Shown here: piece after piece, positions 18,311 to 27,329 of the stretch
Position numbering within the stretch: position 1 is the stretch's first letter
How the letters are laid out: every line of letters starts with the position of its first letter
Assembly (NCBI GenBank): GCA_025839675.1
Contig: CP104013.1
Coordinates: 1,920,001 to 1,952,000, forward strand
Reading direction: 5' to 3'
Length of the DNA stretch: 32,000 bases
From: Candidatus Lokiarchaeum ossiferum
GTDB taxonomy: Archaea > Asgardarchaeota > Lokiarchaeia > Sigyniarchaeales > Promethearchaeaceae
The notes under the pieces: generated by a model
Databases searched by the model: none
The model's input: only the letters and a program-made list of their open reading frames with translations
What the model was told of the DNA's origin: nothing
Program-made: the position numbers and the translations under genes

Positions 18311-18398
18311 TTTTTAGATCATATCTAATAAGGATCTTTTTTTTTTTGAAGTCGACGAGTAAAATGATTTTTTAGATTTTTGTCGGAAGATGAAAAAA

Positions 18399-19637
18399 TT
18401 ACCGAAAATCAAACACCACTTTAATTGCTTGATTCTTTCCTTTAGTACGAGCTACCGCGATTGCTTTCTTATAATCGGCTATTTTATAAAAATGTGTCAC
18501 TAAACCTGTAAATTTTTGCGTATAAAGTGATAATAGATCGATTGCCCATTCAAATGCTGGTTTTGTCTCATTTTGGAAAGCTTCAATACCATGCACAAAA
18601 GCACCTCTTATAATAATTTCTTTATGAATTTGAAGAGACCAATCAATGTGCTTTGTAACTGTAAAACCCATTCCAATGAAGACAATTGTACCATGATGCT
18701 TGATCATGGACAAAGACTCATTTACAGTTTTCTCGCTGGCAACACAATCATAGATCATATCAGGACCTTTTTCACCATAGAGAACTGCAGGGGAAAGCGT
18801 AGGCTTAAATATTGTCCCTTGGGTAATATTGGCGATTTGTTTTTTTCTCTTAGAAAGATCTCGTTCTTGGATGACATGAGATGCACCCATCAATCGAGCT
18901 TTTTCTGCTTGAAATGCATATCTAGCGAGAGAGATAATGGCGACCTTTGGAAAAAAATGTTTTAAAACAAGAATAATCATTAAACCAATGATACCGGCAC
19001 CGATTACAACAGCAGTATCACTTCTTTGTGGAGGTGAATCTAATACAGCATGTATAGCAACAGCCAGTGGTTCAACCAAAACAGCATGCTCATCAGGAAT
19101 GATTTGCGGAATTTTGAACATTTGTTCTTGAAATCCCAAAAAAAATTCACTAAATCCACCTCCCCCAAATCCTCCAAAGGAATGAGTTTTTCGATAAGGA
19201 AGCGAGATTTCATGATCCATGCTATTACCAGCTATGCATAAACAAGCTTGAGGATTATTATTTTGACAACTTGGGCAAAGAGGTAAACCATAGGAATTGC
19301 ACGAGGCGATTGGAGTATAAACAACTCTATCACCAAGAGAAAAAGAAGTGACTTCTTTGCCAATTTCATCGATAACTCCTACTACTTCATGACCCAGAGG
19401 AAAAGGATTTTGAGGAGACGCAAGAATGCTCTCGTAAAGTGAAACATTTAGATCAATCTGATGCAAATCAGAAGTACATATCCCTCCTAAAAGGGATTTG
19501 ACTCGAATTTGAGTCGGATGACTTATTTCAGGAACTTTCCAAGCACGAGAATACTTGGTTAAAAGAAATGAAGAACCTAAATGGATTTTTTTCAAAATAA
19601 CTTTCCACATCTTAAAATCAAACATGAGAGCTTGCAT
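18399..19637 (-). CDS. Zinc-dependent alcohol/polyol dehydrogenase (MDR superfamily)
   Basis: GGICTSDLH (catalytic Zn Cys), GHEVVGVIDEIGKEV (GHE motif), structural Zn cluster CPSCQNNNPQAC, LVEPLAVA, and Rossmann VVIGAGIIGLM. The exact start among M1/M5/M10 is uncertain. Confidence 0.85.
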   Translation of the reverse strand: MQALMFDFKMWKVILKKIHLGSSFLLTKYSRAWKVPEISHPTQIRVKSLLGGICTSDLHQIDLNVSLYESILASPQNPFPLGHEVVGVIDEIGKEVTSFSLGDRVVYTPIASCNSYGLPLCPSCQNNNPQACLCIAGNSMDHEISLPYRKTHSFGGFGGGGFSEFFLGFQEQMFKIPQIIPDEHAVLVEPLAVAIHAVLDSPPQRSDTAVVIGAGIIGLMIILVLKHFFPKVAIISLARYAFQAEKARLMGASHVIQERDLSKRKKQIANITQGTIFKPTLSPAVLYGEKGPDMIYDCVASEKTVNESLSMIKHHGTIVFIGMGFTVTKHIDWSLQIHKEIIIRGAFVHGIEAFQNETKPAFEWAIDLLSLYTQKFTGLVTHFYKIADYKKAIAVARTKGKNQAIKVVFDFR

Positions 19638-19737
19638 ACATTGCTTTGTGGGAAATGTATTTTTATAATTTTCGCAATCTAAGAAGAATTGCTTAATTGA
19701 CGATTAAATCTATCTACAGTGTTGTTTTCAAATTTCA

Positions 19738-20193
19738 TTAGTAGAATTTTGGTGAGTTCAGATATTCTAACAAATCTGGATCTAAGCGAGTTTTGGCATG
19801 ATTTCGGACATCTACTGCCAAAAAAGACAACATATCATCATCAATCCCCGTAGCATCTAACCAAACATAACGAACCCATTCATTTAACATATCATCGGTA
19901 ACCGTTGAGTCTTTCAACAATTGTCGAACAGCGTCAATTTTCATGGTAAACGGAGTTTCGGTATGTTCTAGCATAAGTGCTATCGCCCAGAGGTTTAAAA
20001 TACCTTCTAATATGTCTTCATGTTCCACAAGATGAAACGCAGAGGCAAATAAATCTCGCTTTTTTTCAAGGGGGAAAGTTGAGGCAATGATATTTTTTGC
20101 CAATTCATCGATCCACTCAGATGTTAAATGAGTAGATATTGAATCCATCTTCTGAGCGAGGGCTGCATCTTCAATGATAAATTGCTTAATCAT
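19738..20193 (-). CDS. Hypothetical acidic, predicted all-helical protein
   Basis: A 151-aa ORF, 68 bp downstream of the 865-aa membrane protein on the same strand. No P-loop or other motif seen. Confidence 0.55.
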   Translation of the reverse strand: MIKQFIIEDAALAQKMDSISTHLTSEWIDELAKNIIASTFPLEKKRDLFASAFHLVEHEDILEGILNLWAIALMLEHTETPFTMKIDAVRQLLKDSTVTDDMLNEWVRYVWLDATGIDDDMLSFLAVDVRNHAKTRLDPDLLEYLNSPKFY

Positions 20194-20261
20194 AAAAATA
20201 TAACTGTACTTTTCCGCTAAATATTTTTCATAAAATAAATTTTGAATTTAAAGGAAAGATT

Positions 20262-22859
20262 TCATTCGAGATCAGCATCTGAAGGAATAGAAGGACTTAA
20301 ACCATCATTCGGACCAAAATTCTCAGGAAGTGAAACGTTTTCTTCTGATACCTGTTCTGCTTTAATTTGCGGGTTTAAAAATTTGGTATGAAAATATTGT
20401 TCTAATAATTGATTGAAATCCACCTGAATGGGCATTGTAGCGGCCAAAATTTCTTCAGTGATATATTTTTCTTTAAAGGAATTAATAAATTTTAGAATGG
20501 TTGACTCAATGAAACGTGGATGCATCCGTGAAAGTAAAATGAGCCAAAACCCATTTTCTTTGGTAATATTGAGATAACCCCCATCGATTTCAATAACTCG
20601 AGTATGCGATCCCGTTATCTCTTTTATAATGGATAAAATTCCCGTAAATGCCGCAGAAACGAGAATTATATCCTCCTGTACAATCATTTCGGAAAATTGA
20701 TGAGCTAAAGGCATCCCATTGTCATGCAACGTAATTACTCCAAGAACTGATTTTTTCACCTTTTCGCAATAGAAGAAGAATGAAAAACCACCAACAGATA
20801 CAGCACCGGCCACCACAAATAGATAAAGATACCATGGAAGTGGTTCGATGGTTTGAAAAGCATTTGAAAAAGTTTTGGCGCCTTGATAATAATCACTAAT
20901 AACCTCAACAGTTATAGAATAGTGATTTTCTTGAAGATCAGTGGGACTGGTCCAATTTAGATTCAAAGAAGAAATAAGACCATCAAAATTCTCATCATAA
21001 ACGGTTTGCAAAGCACCCATTTCATTTAGAGCATGCATTTGAACTTTAATCGATATCGGACGGCGTAAAGTGTTTTGAGTCAAATTTTCTTGCATCAAAA
21101 TGGAGTATAGTAAAGTATCCCCCGGTTTCAATTTAGAATTGGTCAATACTATGTCTATATTCACATCATTTTTCAAAATTTGAAGGTTTCTTAGATATTC
21201 TATTGAAGAAAATCCATCTTTAGTTGCTTCTATTTTTAAGGAATGATTTCCAGGGAGAAATCCATATTTATTTAGATCCAGATTAAAACTATACCAACCA
21301 TCCCCGATATCAACCATCTGAGCTTGAACTTCGTTAATGGTTAGAACTACTTCTGCATTTTCTATGGGAATTTTTGAATAATAATCTTGGTATAGACATA
21401 CGATTTCTAGGGTTTCAAACGCAGGTGTGAAGTAATTTTGTGCGATAAGATTGCCTTTTAGGAGTAAAGATAGAGGTAAACTCAAAATACCAAGTTCATT
21501 CTCTCCATAGTACACTATATCGATAGAAAGAACATCATTCACTTCGTATGGATCTATATACCAATCATACTCACAACTTTGAACGTCTTGAAAAGATTGT
21601 AAAGGCTGTAAAAAATTAAGATTATTTAAAAATAACGAGATATCCCCTACTGCATAGCAGTCCACTACAATTTTCACTACTTCTCCTAGAATGATAGAAC
21701 TTGGAACTGATGCTTGAGCAATATAGTTTGGACTTAAAAAATTCAAATTCTGACTTGGAAAATCCGAAACTAGAAGATTTGATGATGAAATTTCATAGGC
21801 AACGGAAGAATTTCCATCCCACAGCTCAATATTTGTATAATCACTTTGCATTCCATAAATTAGCTTTCTATATGATTGAATTGAAAAACCGGCGGGTAAT
21901 TCTGAAAATGACAAATTCCATTGAAAATCATTTACTCGCTGAGTGATTTCGTATTCTATTGGCTCTATTCGAGAATAATTCACATCCATCATGTAATTAA
22001 TCAAGATATTACTCGAAGAGTTATCTGTTATAATAAGATCATTTGGGATATCATCTAAATTAAACGCTAAATCAACTTTTCCATAATTCGAGAGATAGTT
22101 GACAATCTTGTGAGAACCGAGATGTAAATCAATATCTTCGGGTGACAAAAATTGCGTTAAATTGATTCTCATGGAAATATCATAACCACATGAAATCCAG
22201 TTTGCCCCATCATTATACCAGGTTTCAGATTCATTATTTCCACCACCACAAGACTTCAAATAACTTTCTCCCATTGTGGAGTGATACTCTAAATAATATT
22301 TACCTGGATTTAGAAAGATGGGTACTGAAGGAGTAAAGGTGTTCCACCCTTTTGATGTAAATATAGTACTTTCACTGAATACTACCGTACCTGTTTTGCT
22401 ACCCTCACGGATATTAAATAGAAATTCTGAATCGGCTTTATCTTTCTCCATATACAAAGAAAAGTCAAGTATGGAAGAAGCGTAGTCAGTTTGCCATGCT
22501 TGCGAATACTTATAATTGTTAGTTAAAGCATTCTCATCTCCCTCATAAAAAACGGGAGGTATAATAGACTTATTCTGACATTCAAAAATCACAGTTCCAT
22601 CAAAATGATCAAACTCTTCAGGAATAGGAAAAATTAATTCTGAGTTATATTTTTGCCATGGATATTGATTTAAGATATGCTCTTCAGCAGAAAAATTAAA
22701 TTTATTAGAATAATCAAAATCATAACTACTTGCCGAAAAAATTTTTTGAGGAGTTTCCTCACCTTGAATTCGGGTTGAATTAACGGTTACCAATGAAAAA
22801 CACGCGAAACTTGTAATATAGATACTAAAAATGAGGAAAAGTCGTTTAGTATTTTTCAT
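20262..22859 (-). CDS. Single-pass membrane protein: signal peptide, ~670-aa sequon-rich ectodomain, TM helix, cytoplasmic Roadblock/LC7- or longin-like domain
   Basis: Signal is MKNTKRLFLIFSIYITSFACFSL. The TM helix WYLYLFVVAGAVSVGGFSFFFYC is at nt 20766-20840, followed by EKVKK. In the cytoplasmic region, nt 20466-20747 encode VLGVITLHDNGMPLAHQF...ILVSAAFTGILSIIKEITG..RVIEIDGGYLNITKENGFWLILLSR..RFIESTILKFINSF. That pattern reads beta-beta-alpha-beta-beta-beta-alpha, typical of Roadblock/longin modules. The C-terminal tail is acidic. Confidence 0.8.
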   Translation of the reverse strand: MKNTKRLFLIFSIYITSFACFSLVTVNSTRIQGEETPQKIFSASSYDFDYSNKFNFSAEEHILNQYPWQKYNSELIFPIPEEFDHFDGTVIFECQNKSIIPPVFYEGDENALTNNYKYSQAWQTDYASSILDFSLYMEKDKADSEFLFNIREGSKTGTVVFSESTIFTSKGWNTFTPSVPIFLNPGKYYLEYHSTMGESYLKSCGGGNNESETWYNDGANWISCGYDISMRINLTQFLSPEDIDLHLGSHKIVNYLSNYGKVDLAFNLDDIPNDLIITDNSSSNILINYMMDVNYSRIEPIEYEITQRVNDFQWNLSFSELPAGFSIQSYRKLIYGMQSDYTNIELWDGNSSVAYEISSSNLLVSDFPSQNLNFLSPNYIAQASVPSSIILGEVVKIVVDCYAVGDISLFLNNLNFLQPLQSFQDVQSCEYDWYIDPYEVNDVLSIDIVYYGENELGILSLPLSLLLKGNLIAQNYFTPAFETLEIVCLYQDYYSKIPIENAEVVLTINEVQAQMVDIGDGWYSFNLDLNKYGFLPGNHSLKIEATKDGFSSIEYLRNLQILKNDVNIDIVLTNSKLKPGDTLLYSILMQENLTQNTLRRPISIKVQMHALNEMGALQTVYDENFDGLISSLNLNWTSPTDLQENHYSITVEVISDYYQGAKTFSNAFQTIEPLPWYLYLFVVAGAVSVGGFSFFFYCEKVKKSVLGVITLHDNGMPLAHQFSEMIVQEDIILVSAAFTGILSIIKEITGSHTRVIEIDGGYLNITKENGFWLILLSRMHPRFIESTILKFINSFKEKYITEEILAATMPIQVDFNQLLEQYFHTKFLNPQIKAEQVSEENVSLPENFGPNDGLSPSIPSDADLE

Positions 22860-22914
22860 AAGTATCCAACCTCAGAAACCCACTTTCTATATGTATCTAT
22901 ATGAGCTCTGATAT

Positions 22915-23520
22915 TTATTTAAATTTGGGTTTATTTTTTAAAAATAATTCTTCAAAGGTGGATTCTTGAATTTCTTCACTCTTTTCAATTTTAGCACGAT
23001 TAGCAGTTACTAGATTATCCAAACGTTGCCGAATAAAACCAATATGCTCATGAAATTTCGCTGAATGTTCAGCATGAGCGGATTTTAAGAGAGAGAGAAT
23101 ATTCTTTTCTTCATTCTTCAATTGGATTTGAGATTGAATGGTAATTGGAATAGGATAACTAACTAATTTTCCTTCTTTAAATTCTAAATGTAACTTCTCT
23201 TCAATCATAGATTTAAGCTGTTTAATTTGGGTAAGCGAATTTTCAAGGATCGCAATTTGTACATCAGTCTTATTTAGCAATTCCTCAGAGAGTGCTTTAG
23301 CAATTTCATCGTCCACCGATTGGAGAATTCTATTTTGTATTTTTAAAATTTCAGTTTCGAATTTTTGATATAAAATTAAATTCTTGTGACGATGAGCCAA
23401 TATCGCTCCATCAAGTAATTCCGGAAAAATTGTGAGATAATCGGGAGAATTTCCATCCCTATAACGTTCTGGTAATGTGTGGGATAACGGATCTAAGTCC
23501 AACTCGTGGTTCACCATCAA
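22915..23520 (-). CDS. Hypothetical coiled-coil protein
   Basis: The 201-aa product has a central region with heptad-like character, rich in Leu/Ile/Glu/Lys/Gln (ILKIQNRILQSVDDEIAKALSEELLNKTDVQIAILENSLTQIKQLKSMIEEKL). It lies 55 bp upstream of the 865-aa gene on the same strand. Confidence 0.6.
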   Translation of the reverse strand: MMVNHELDLDPLSHTLPERYRDGNSPDYLTIFPELLDGAILAHRHKNLILYQKFETEILKIQNRILQSVDDEIAKALSEELLNKTDVQIAILENSLTQIKQLKSMIEEKLHLEFKEGKLVSYPIPITIQSQIQLKNEEKNILSLLKSAHAEHSAKFHEHIGFIRQRLDNLVTANRAKIEKSEEIQESTFEELFLKNKPKFK

Positions 23521-23741
23521 AAAATTCTTCCAACTTTGTTTTGAATACTACAATTTTATTATAGTAATTTTGCAATAAAAAACATCATAATTTGAATTAT
23601 TTGACTCAGTTCAAAACAATATCTCTGAATTTTTTATTTTAATAGATTCGGTTTTAAATTTCATTTTTTTTCATATTCTTTGCTTATTTATCTAATATTA
23701 AAAATATGTTAATGAAAAAAATCGAATTTCAAAAATTATAT

Positions 23742-24179
23742 TCATTTTTCATAGGTTTCCAGAGAAATCATAGTTTTAGAAGCTTGTATCCCAGGAATAT
23801 TTCGCAAATCATCAATTATAAAACGATCAAGTTCATGGATGGAATGAACTCGAAACTTAACGATTATATCTGTATCGCCCGTAATTATTGATGCTTCTTC
23901 AACTTCAGGGCGTTTTAATAAGTGATGTACGATATCCCGCTGATTTGCTTGAAATACTTTAATCAAAATATAGGCAATGATATTTCCTGAAATTTGATCT
24001 TTATCCAAATTCACGGTATAATTTTTGATAATCTTATGTTCTCGTAACTTTTTGATACGATTATGTACCGTAGTTGAAGGTAAATTAGTCCTTTCTGCAA
24101 TTTTTGCAATAGAAAGGCTAGCATCTTGTTGGAGGACAGCAATTATATCAATATCCTTTGTATCAAGCTTATAATTCAT
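23742..24179 (-). CDS. Lrp/AsnC family transcriptional regulator
   Basis: N-terminal HTH LDTKDIDIIAVLQQDASLSIAKIAERTNLPSTTVHNRIKKLREHKIIKNYT, followed by a C-terminal RAM/ligand domain. The 145-aa size is typical. Confidence 0.9.
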   Translation of the reverse strand: MNYKLDTKDIDIIAVLQQDASLSIAKIAERTNLPSTTVHNRIKKLREHKIIKNYTVNLDKDQISGNIIAYILIKVFQANQRDIVHHLLKRPEVEEASIITGDTDIIVKFRVHSIHELDRFIIDDLRNIPGIQASKTMISLETYEK

Positions 24180-24545
24180 ATTTTATACTTATATTCGGTA
24201 AAATTTAAAAAAATGGATATTTTTTCCATATTTCATAAAAAAAGGGTTAAAAACAAATTTAGCTTATTGCTGTAGGTAAAAAAGAAGAACTTTATTTCGA
24301 ATTTTTTAACTTTAGAGCACATTATGCAGGCTTTTAATTTATTCTAAACAATTATGTTAATTATAAACTTCAATTTACGAATATTTATCATTTTCATTTA
24401 TGAAATAAAAATCGGAATGGAATATTCATCCCAATTTATTATGAATTATTTGAAATTATGAACAACTGTTCCACAATTATTGGGATGATTAATCTTAATA
24501 CAATGACTTTCTAGGAATATCATATAACCAAGAAAGGTTAACCCC

Positions 24546-25481
24546 ATGTTAGAAATAGAAACTACAAGAAGTTCATTTACATATGATGATACCCGTTTAA
24601 TGGCATTGCTGAAAATTCAGACAGAAATGCTAAAATCAATCCATGATTTTCTCTATGAGAAGAAATTGGTTCAACTCATGCCAGTTATCTTATCTCCAAT
24701 AACAGATCCCTTGAATCATTCAGTCTATGATGCGAGCATCACTTACGGAGAACAAAAATTTCAATTAACAAAGAGTATGATTTTTCATAAACAACTCGCC
24801 ATTGGTGCCACATCAGGTCCTGGTATTTATATAATGTCACCAAATGTCAGGTTGGAAAAAGAAACGATGCAACAATCTGGACGACATCTCTTTGAATTCT
24901 CTCAAGTAGATATTGAATTGCGGGGAGCTTCCACCCAAGATTTTATGGATTTCATGGAAGATCTTATCATCGCTACCTTAATTCACATTAAACAAAAATG
25001 TTCTGACGAAGTCGCAATTTTTGAGTCAAGATTAAAAATACCCTCCAAACCATTTCGAGTGTATAACAGTTTTAACTTAAGGGAACAATTTGGGGATGAT
25101 TTTGAACAAATAATGTCTTCCACTTCAACAGATTTTTTCTGGATTATGGACTATACTCGTGAATTTTATGATAAAGAAGATCCTGAACGTAAAGGACATT
25201 ACATCAACTATGATTTATTTTATCCTTACGGTTTCAATGAAGCCCTTTCGGGAGGAGAACGGGATTATGAATATAAGATCCTTCTAAGAAAAATTAAGGA
25301 ACGCAACCAAGATCCCCAGATTTTTGACTTCTACTTAAAAGCAGCAAAAGAAGGGAAACTGACCTCTAGCGCGGGAGGAGGTCTAGGATTAGAACGATTT
25401 TTACGATATATACTTAAAAAATCAAATATAGGAGATATTTGCCTTTTTCCAAAAATTCCAGGCCAAAAAGTGCGAATTTAG
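24546..25481 (+). CDS. Class IIb aminoacyl-tRNA-synthetase catalytic core without an anticodon-binding domain (archaeal AsnA-like asparagine synthetase / AsnRS paralog)
   Basis: Motif 2-like is VRLEKETMQQSGRHLFEFSQVDIEL. FWIMDYTREFYDKEDPE...YDLFYPYGFNEALSGGERDY matches the Asp/Asn-RS active-site block. Motif 3 is AGGGLGLERFLRYIL, ending ...FPK. At 311 aa it lacks an N-terminal OB-fold. Confidence 0.75.
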   Translation: MLEIETTRSSFTYDDTRLMALLKIQTEMLKSIHDFLYEKKLVQLMPVILSPITDPLNHSVYDASITYGEQKFQLTKSMIFHKQLAIGATSGPGIYIMSPNVRLEKETMQQSGRHLFEFSQVDIELRGASTQDFMDFMEDLIIATLIHIKQKCSDEVAIFESRLKIPSKPFRVYNSFNLREQFGDDFEQIMSSTSTDFFWIMDYTREFYDKEDPERKGHYINYDLFYPYGFNEALSGGERDYEYKILLRKIKERNQDPQIFDFYLKAAKEGKLTSSAGGGLGLERFLRYILKKSNIGDICLFPKIPGQKVRI

Positions 25482-25517
25482 TCCAAACTAATTAATAGTT
25501 TTTGTTTTTTTTATGAC

Positions 25518-25943
25518 TTAATTTTCATCATACGCTAGTTGCATCCATTCCAGAAATTCTGCATCCAGCTCTTTTTGAGATCTGATACTTAGTTGATAAT
25601 AAAATCTTCCATCCTTTTGATGGGATGATGCTGTAAAACGGGAACTGAATAGCTGGGTAAATAGCCGAAAGATTATTTTCAACGCTTTTTTTTGAATTTT
25701 AATGGAGCAAAATTGTGACTGTTTTTTTAAAGCAATTATATTTTTTAAAGACTCAACCGAAATCGGTCCGAATTTCTGTACTTGGGAAACAAAATCTCTA
25801 AATAATCGCGCAGTTTCCACAGGAATATTATTTAGATGATGATCTTCAATCGAGTATAACTCACAACTATGACTTTGATTCTTTCGGGTGAAAGTTCTTC
25901 TACAATTCGGACATATCCAAAGTGATTTGTGCATTTTTGGCAT
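25518..25943 (-). CDS. Zinc-finger protein, DUF5655-like
   Basis: WICPNCRRTFTRKNQSHSC at the N-terminus and ELDAEFLEWMQLAYDEN at the C-terminus match the pattern I recall for DUF5655. The family number is from memory. Confidence 0.55.
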   Translation of the reverse strand: MPKMHKSLWICPNCRRTFTRKNQSHSCELYSIEDHHLNNIPVETARLFRDFVSQVQKFGPISVESLKNIIALKKQSQFCSIKIQKKALKIIFRLFTQLFSSRFTASSHQKDGRFYYQLSIRSQKELDAEFLEWMQLAYDEN

Positions 25944-26037
25944 AATTTAATTCTCTCAATATTATCGTTTTTATTCAAAACACATAAAGTAAGATAATTT
26001 GAAAACATAATTGATGTGTTCCATCGAAAGCACTTAT

Positions 26038-26418
26038 TTAATGGATCAATTCTGGTGAAAATACAATTAACGAACGGGCAATTGCGCTAATAGGAAACGG
26101 TTTTTTAAAAACTCTCCTTACAAACACCATTTTTTTGATTCTTTCACTCAGCCCATCCAGATCACTAGTCATTACAAACACGGGTATCTCCGGAAAATTC
26201 TGTTCAACAAAATTTACGATTTCTCCCCCATCCATCCCAGGCATATGAAAATCCGTTAAAATAAAGTTGATTTTAGTTGAAAGCAAAATATCAACCGCTT
26301 CGACACCATTTTGGGCAGTTATTACATTAACTCCAAGTTTTTTACATAAACGGGTTAACATTGTTAGAATATCGGTGTCATCATCCACAATCAACCCTTT
26401 TCCACCTAGCATGATCAT
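26038..26418 (-). CDS. Single-domain response regulator (CheY-like receiver)
   Basis: GLIVDDDTDIL (acidic pocket), ILTDFHMPGMDG (phospho-acceptor Asp context), VFVMTS, and FKKPF (conserved Lys). The track start at 26493 adds a Cys/Ile-rich leader. ATG at 26416-26418 or 26410-26412 is preferred. Confidence 0.85.
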   Translation of the reverse strand: MIMLGGKGLIVDDDTDILTMLTRLCKKLGVNVITAQNGVEAVDILLSTKINFILTDFHMPGMDGGEIVNFVEQNFPEIPVFVMTSDLDGLSERIKKMVFVRRVFKKPFPISAIARSLIVFSPELIH

Positions 26419-26539
26419 TCTCTCCGTGTGATTATTGGTATTATCTTTTATCAGAATATAAAAACAACACAATATTGTGATAACATCCCCCATTTGGTAA
26501 GCATGGATTAAAAATTAAAATTATGGTAGGTAAAAAAGA

Positions 26540-27067
26540 TTAAACTGTTGGATCTGCGAAAACATCTGCCCAAGGGAGTTTGAAGGAAAAAACTATAAAC
26601 TCAATACACAAAATAATAGTCAAAATCCAAAGGATGACCTTCAAACTTCGATTATATTCCATTTGTTTACACGCTCGTTCGATATAACTCACTGCTATAA
26701 TTGATAAAAAGCAGGCAATTATTGAATATGCTATATCAATCCACAGAATAGAAATTGGACCGATTAATGGCACTGTATACCAGAAAATGAAAGTTATCCA
26801 TGGGAAGATTAGAGCTCCAATTACATGAGCATACAGAAATCCCGTTTTATTTTCCAGCTGTTTCCGTAAAAATAGATATTCAATCCCGGTAAAAATCCAA
26901 TAACTAAAGAAGCCAATCTTCCAATGTTGAAAATTAGATTCATCAATTCCGCTGAAAAGATGAAATACAATATTTTGAGACCAATCATAGGTATAATGTA
27001 AAATTATGAAAACTCCTAAAATACCCACACTCCGAAGAAGCAAATATCGACTGTTATCTGTATCCAT
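26540..27067 (-). CDS. Polytopic membrane protein (DUF6512-like)
   Basis: There are 5-6 hydrophobic helices. LHYTYDWSQN....FSGIDESNFQHWKIGFF resembles the HFxYEWS...NES.WEH.K motif of a small membrane-protein family common in Firmicutes. The family number is from memory. Confidence 0.55.
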   Translation of the reverse strand: MDTDNSRYLLLRSVGILGVFIILHYTYDWSQNIVFHLFSGIDESNFQHWKIGFFSYWIFTGIEYLFLRKQLENKTGFLYAHVIGALIFPWITFIFWYTVPLIGPISILWIDIAYSIIACFLSIIAVSYIERACKQMEYNRSLKVILWILTIILCIEFIVFSFKLPWADVFADPTV

Positions 27068-27329
27068 AATTCTATTGAAACATCATCTTATATATAATCC
27101 TTTATTCACTAATCAAATGGAAAAATCTATAATTTTTTCTTCAAATTGAAAAAAATCAATCCAATCGAGATTCTTAAAATGAAAAAGAAGTCTTACATCA
27201 CTTTAATTCCAAATCAAAGTAATTTATAATTTTCCTAGGATTTTTCATCAGACTCATCCAACCGAAATAATTATTAAATTAAATTTTAATTTCACTAATC
27301 TGCTCCAATAGATATCGGTAGATCAAAAT

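Noticed and set aside
24430-24484. ATTATGAA direct repeats and CCCAAT/ATTGGG arms, considered as a defined Lrp operator.
   Set aside because: Elements of 6-8 bp are expected by chance in DNA this AT-rich. They are mentioned only as context in the AsnC/AsnA-like finding and are not called as a feature.
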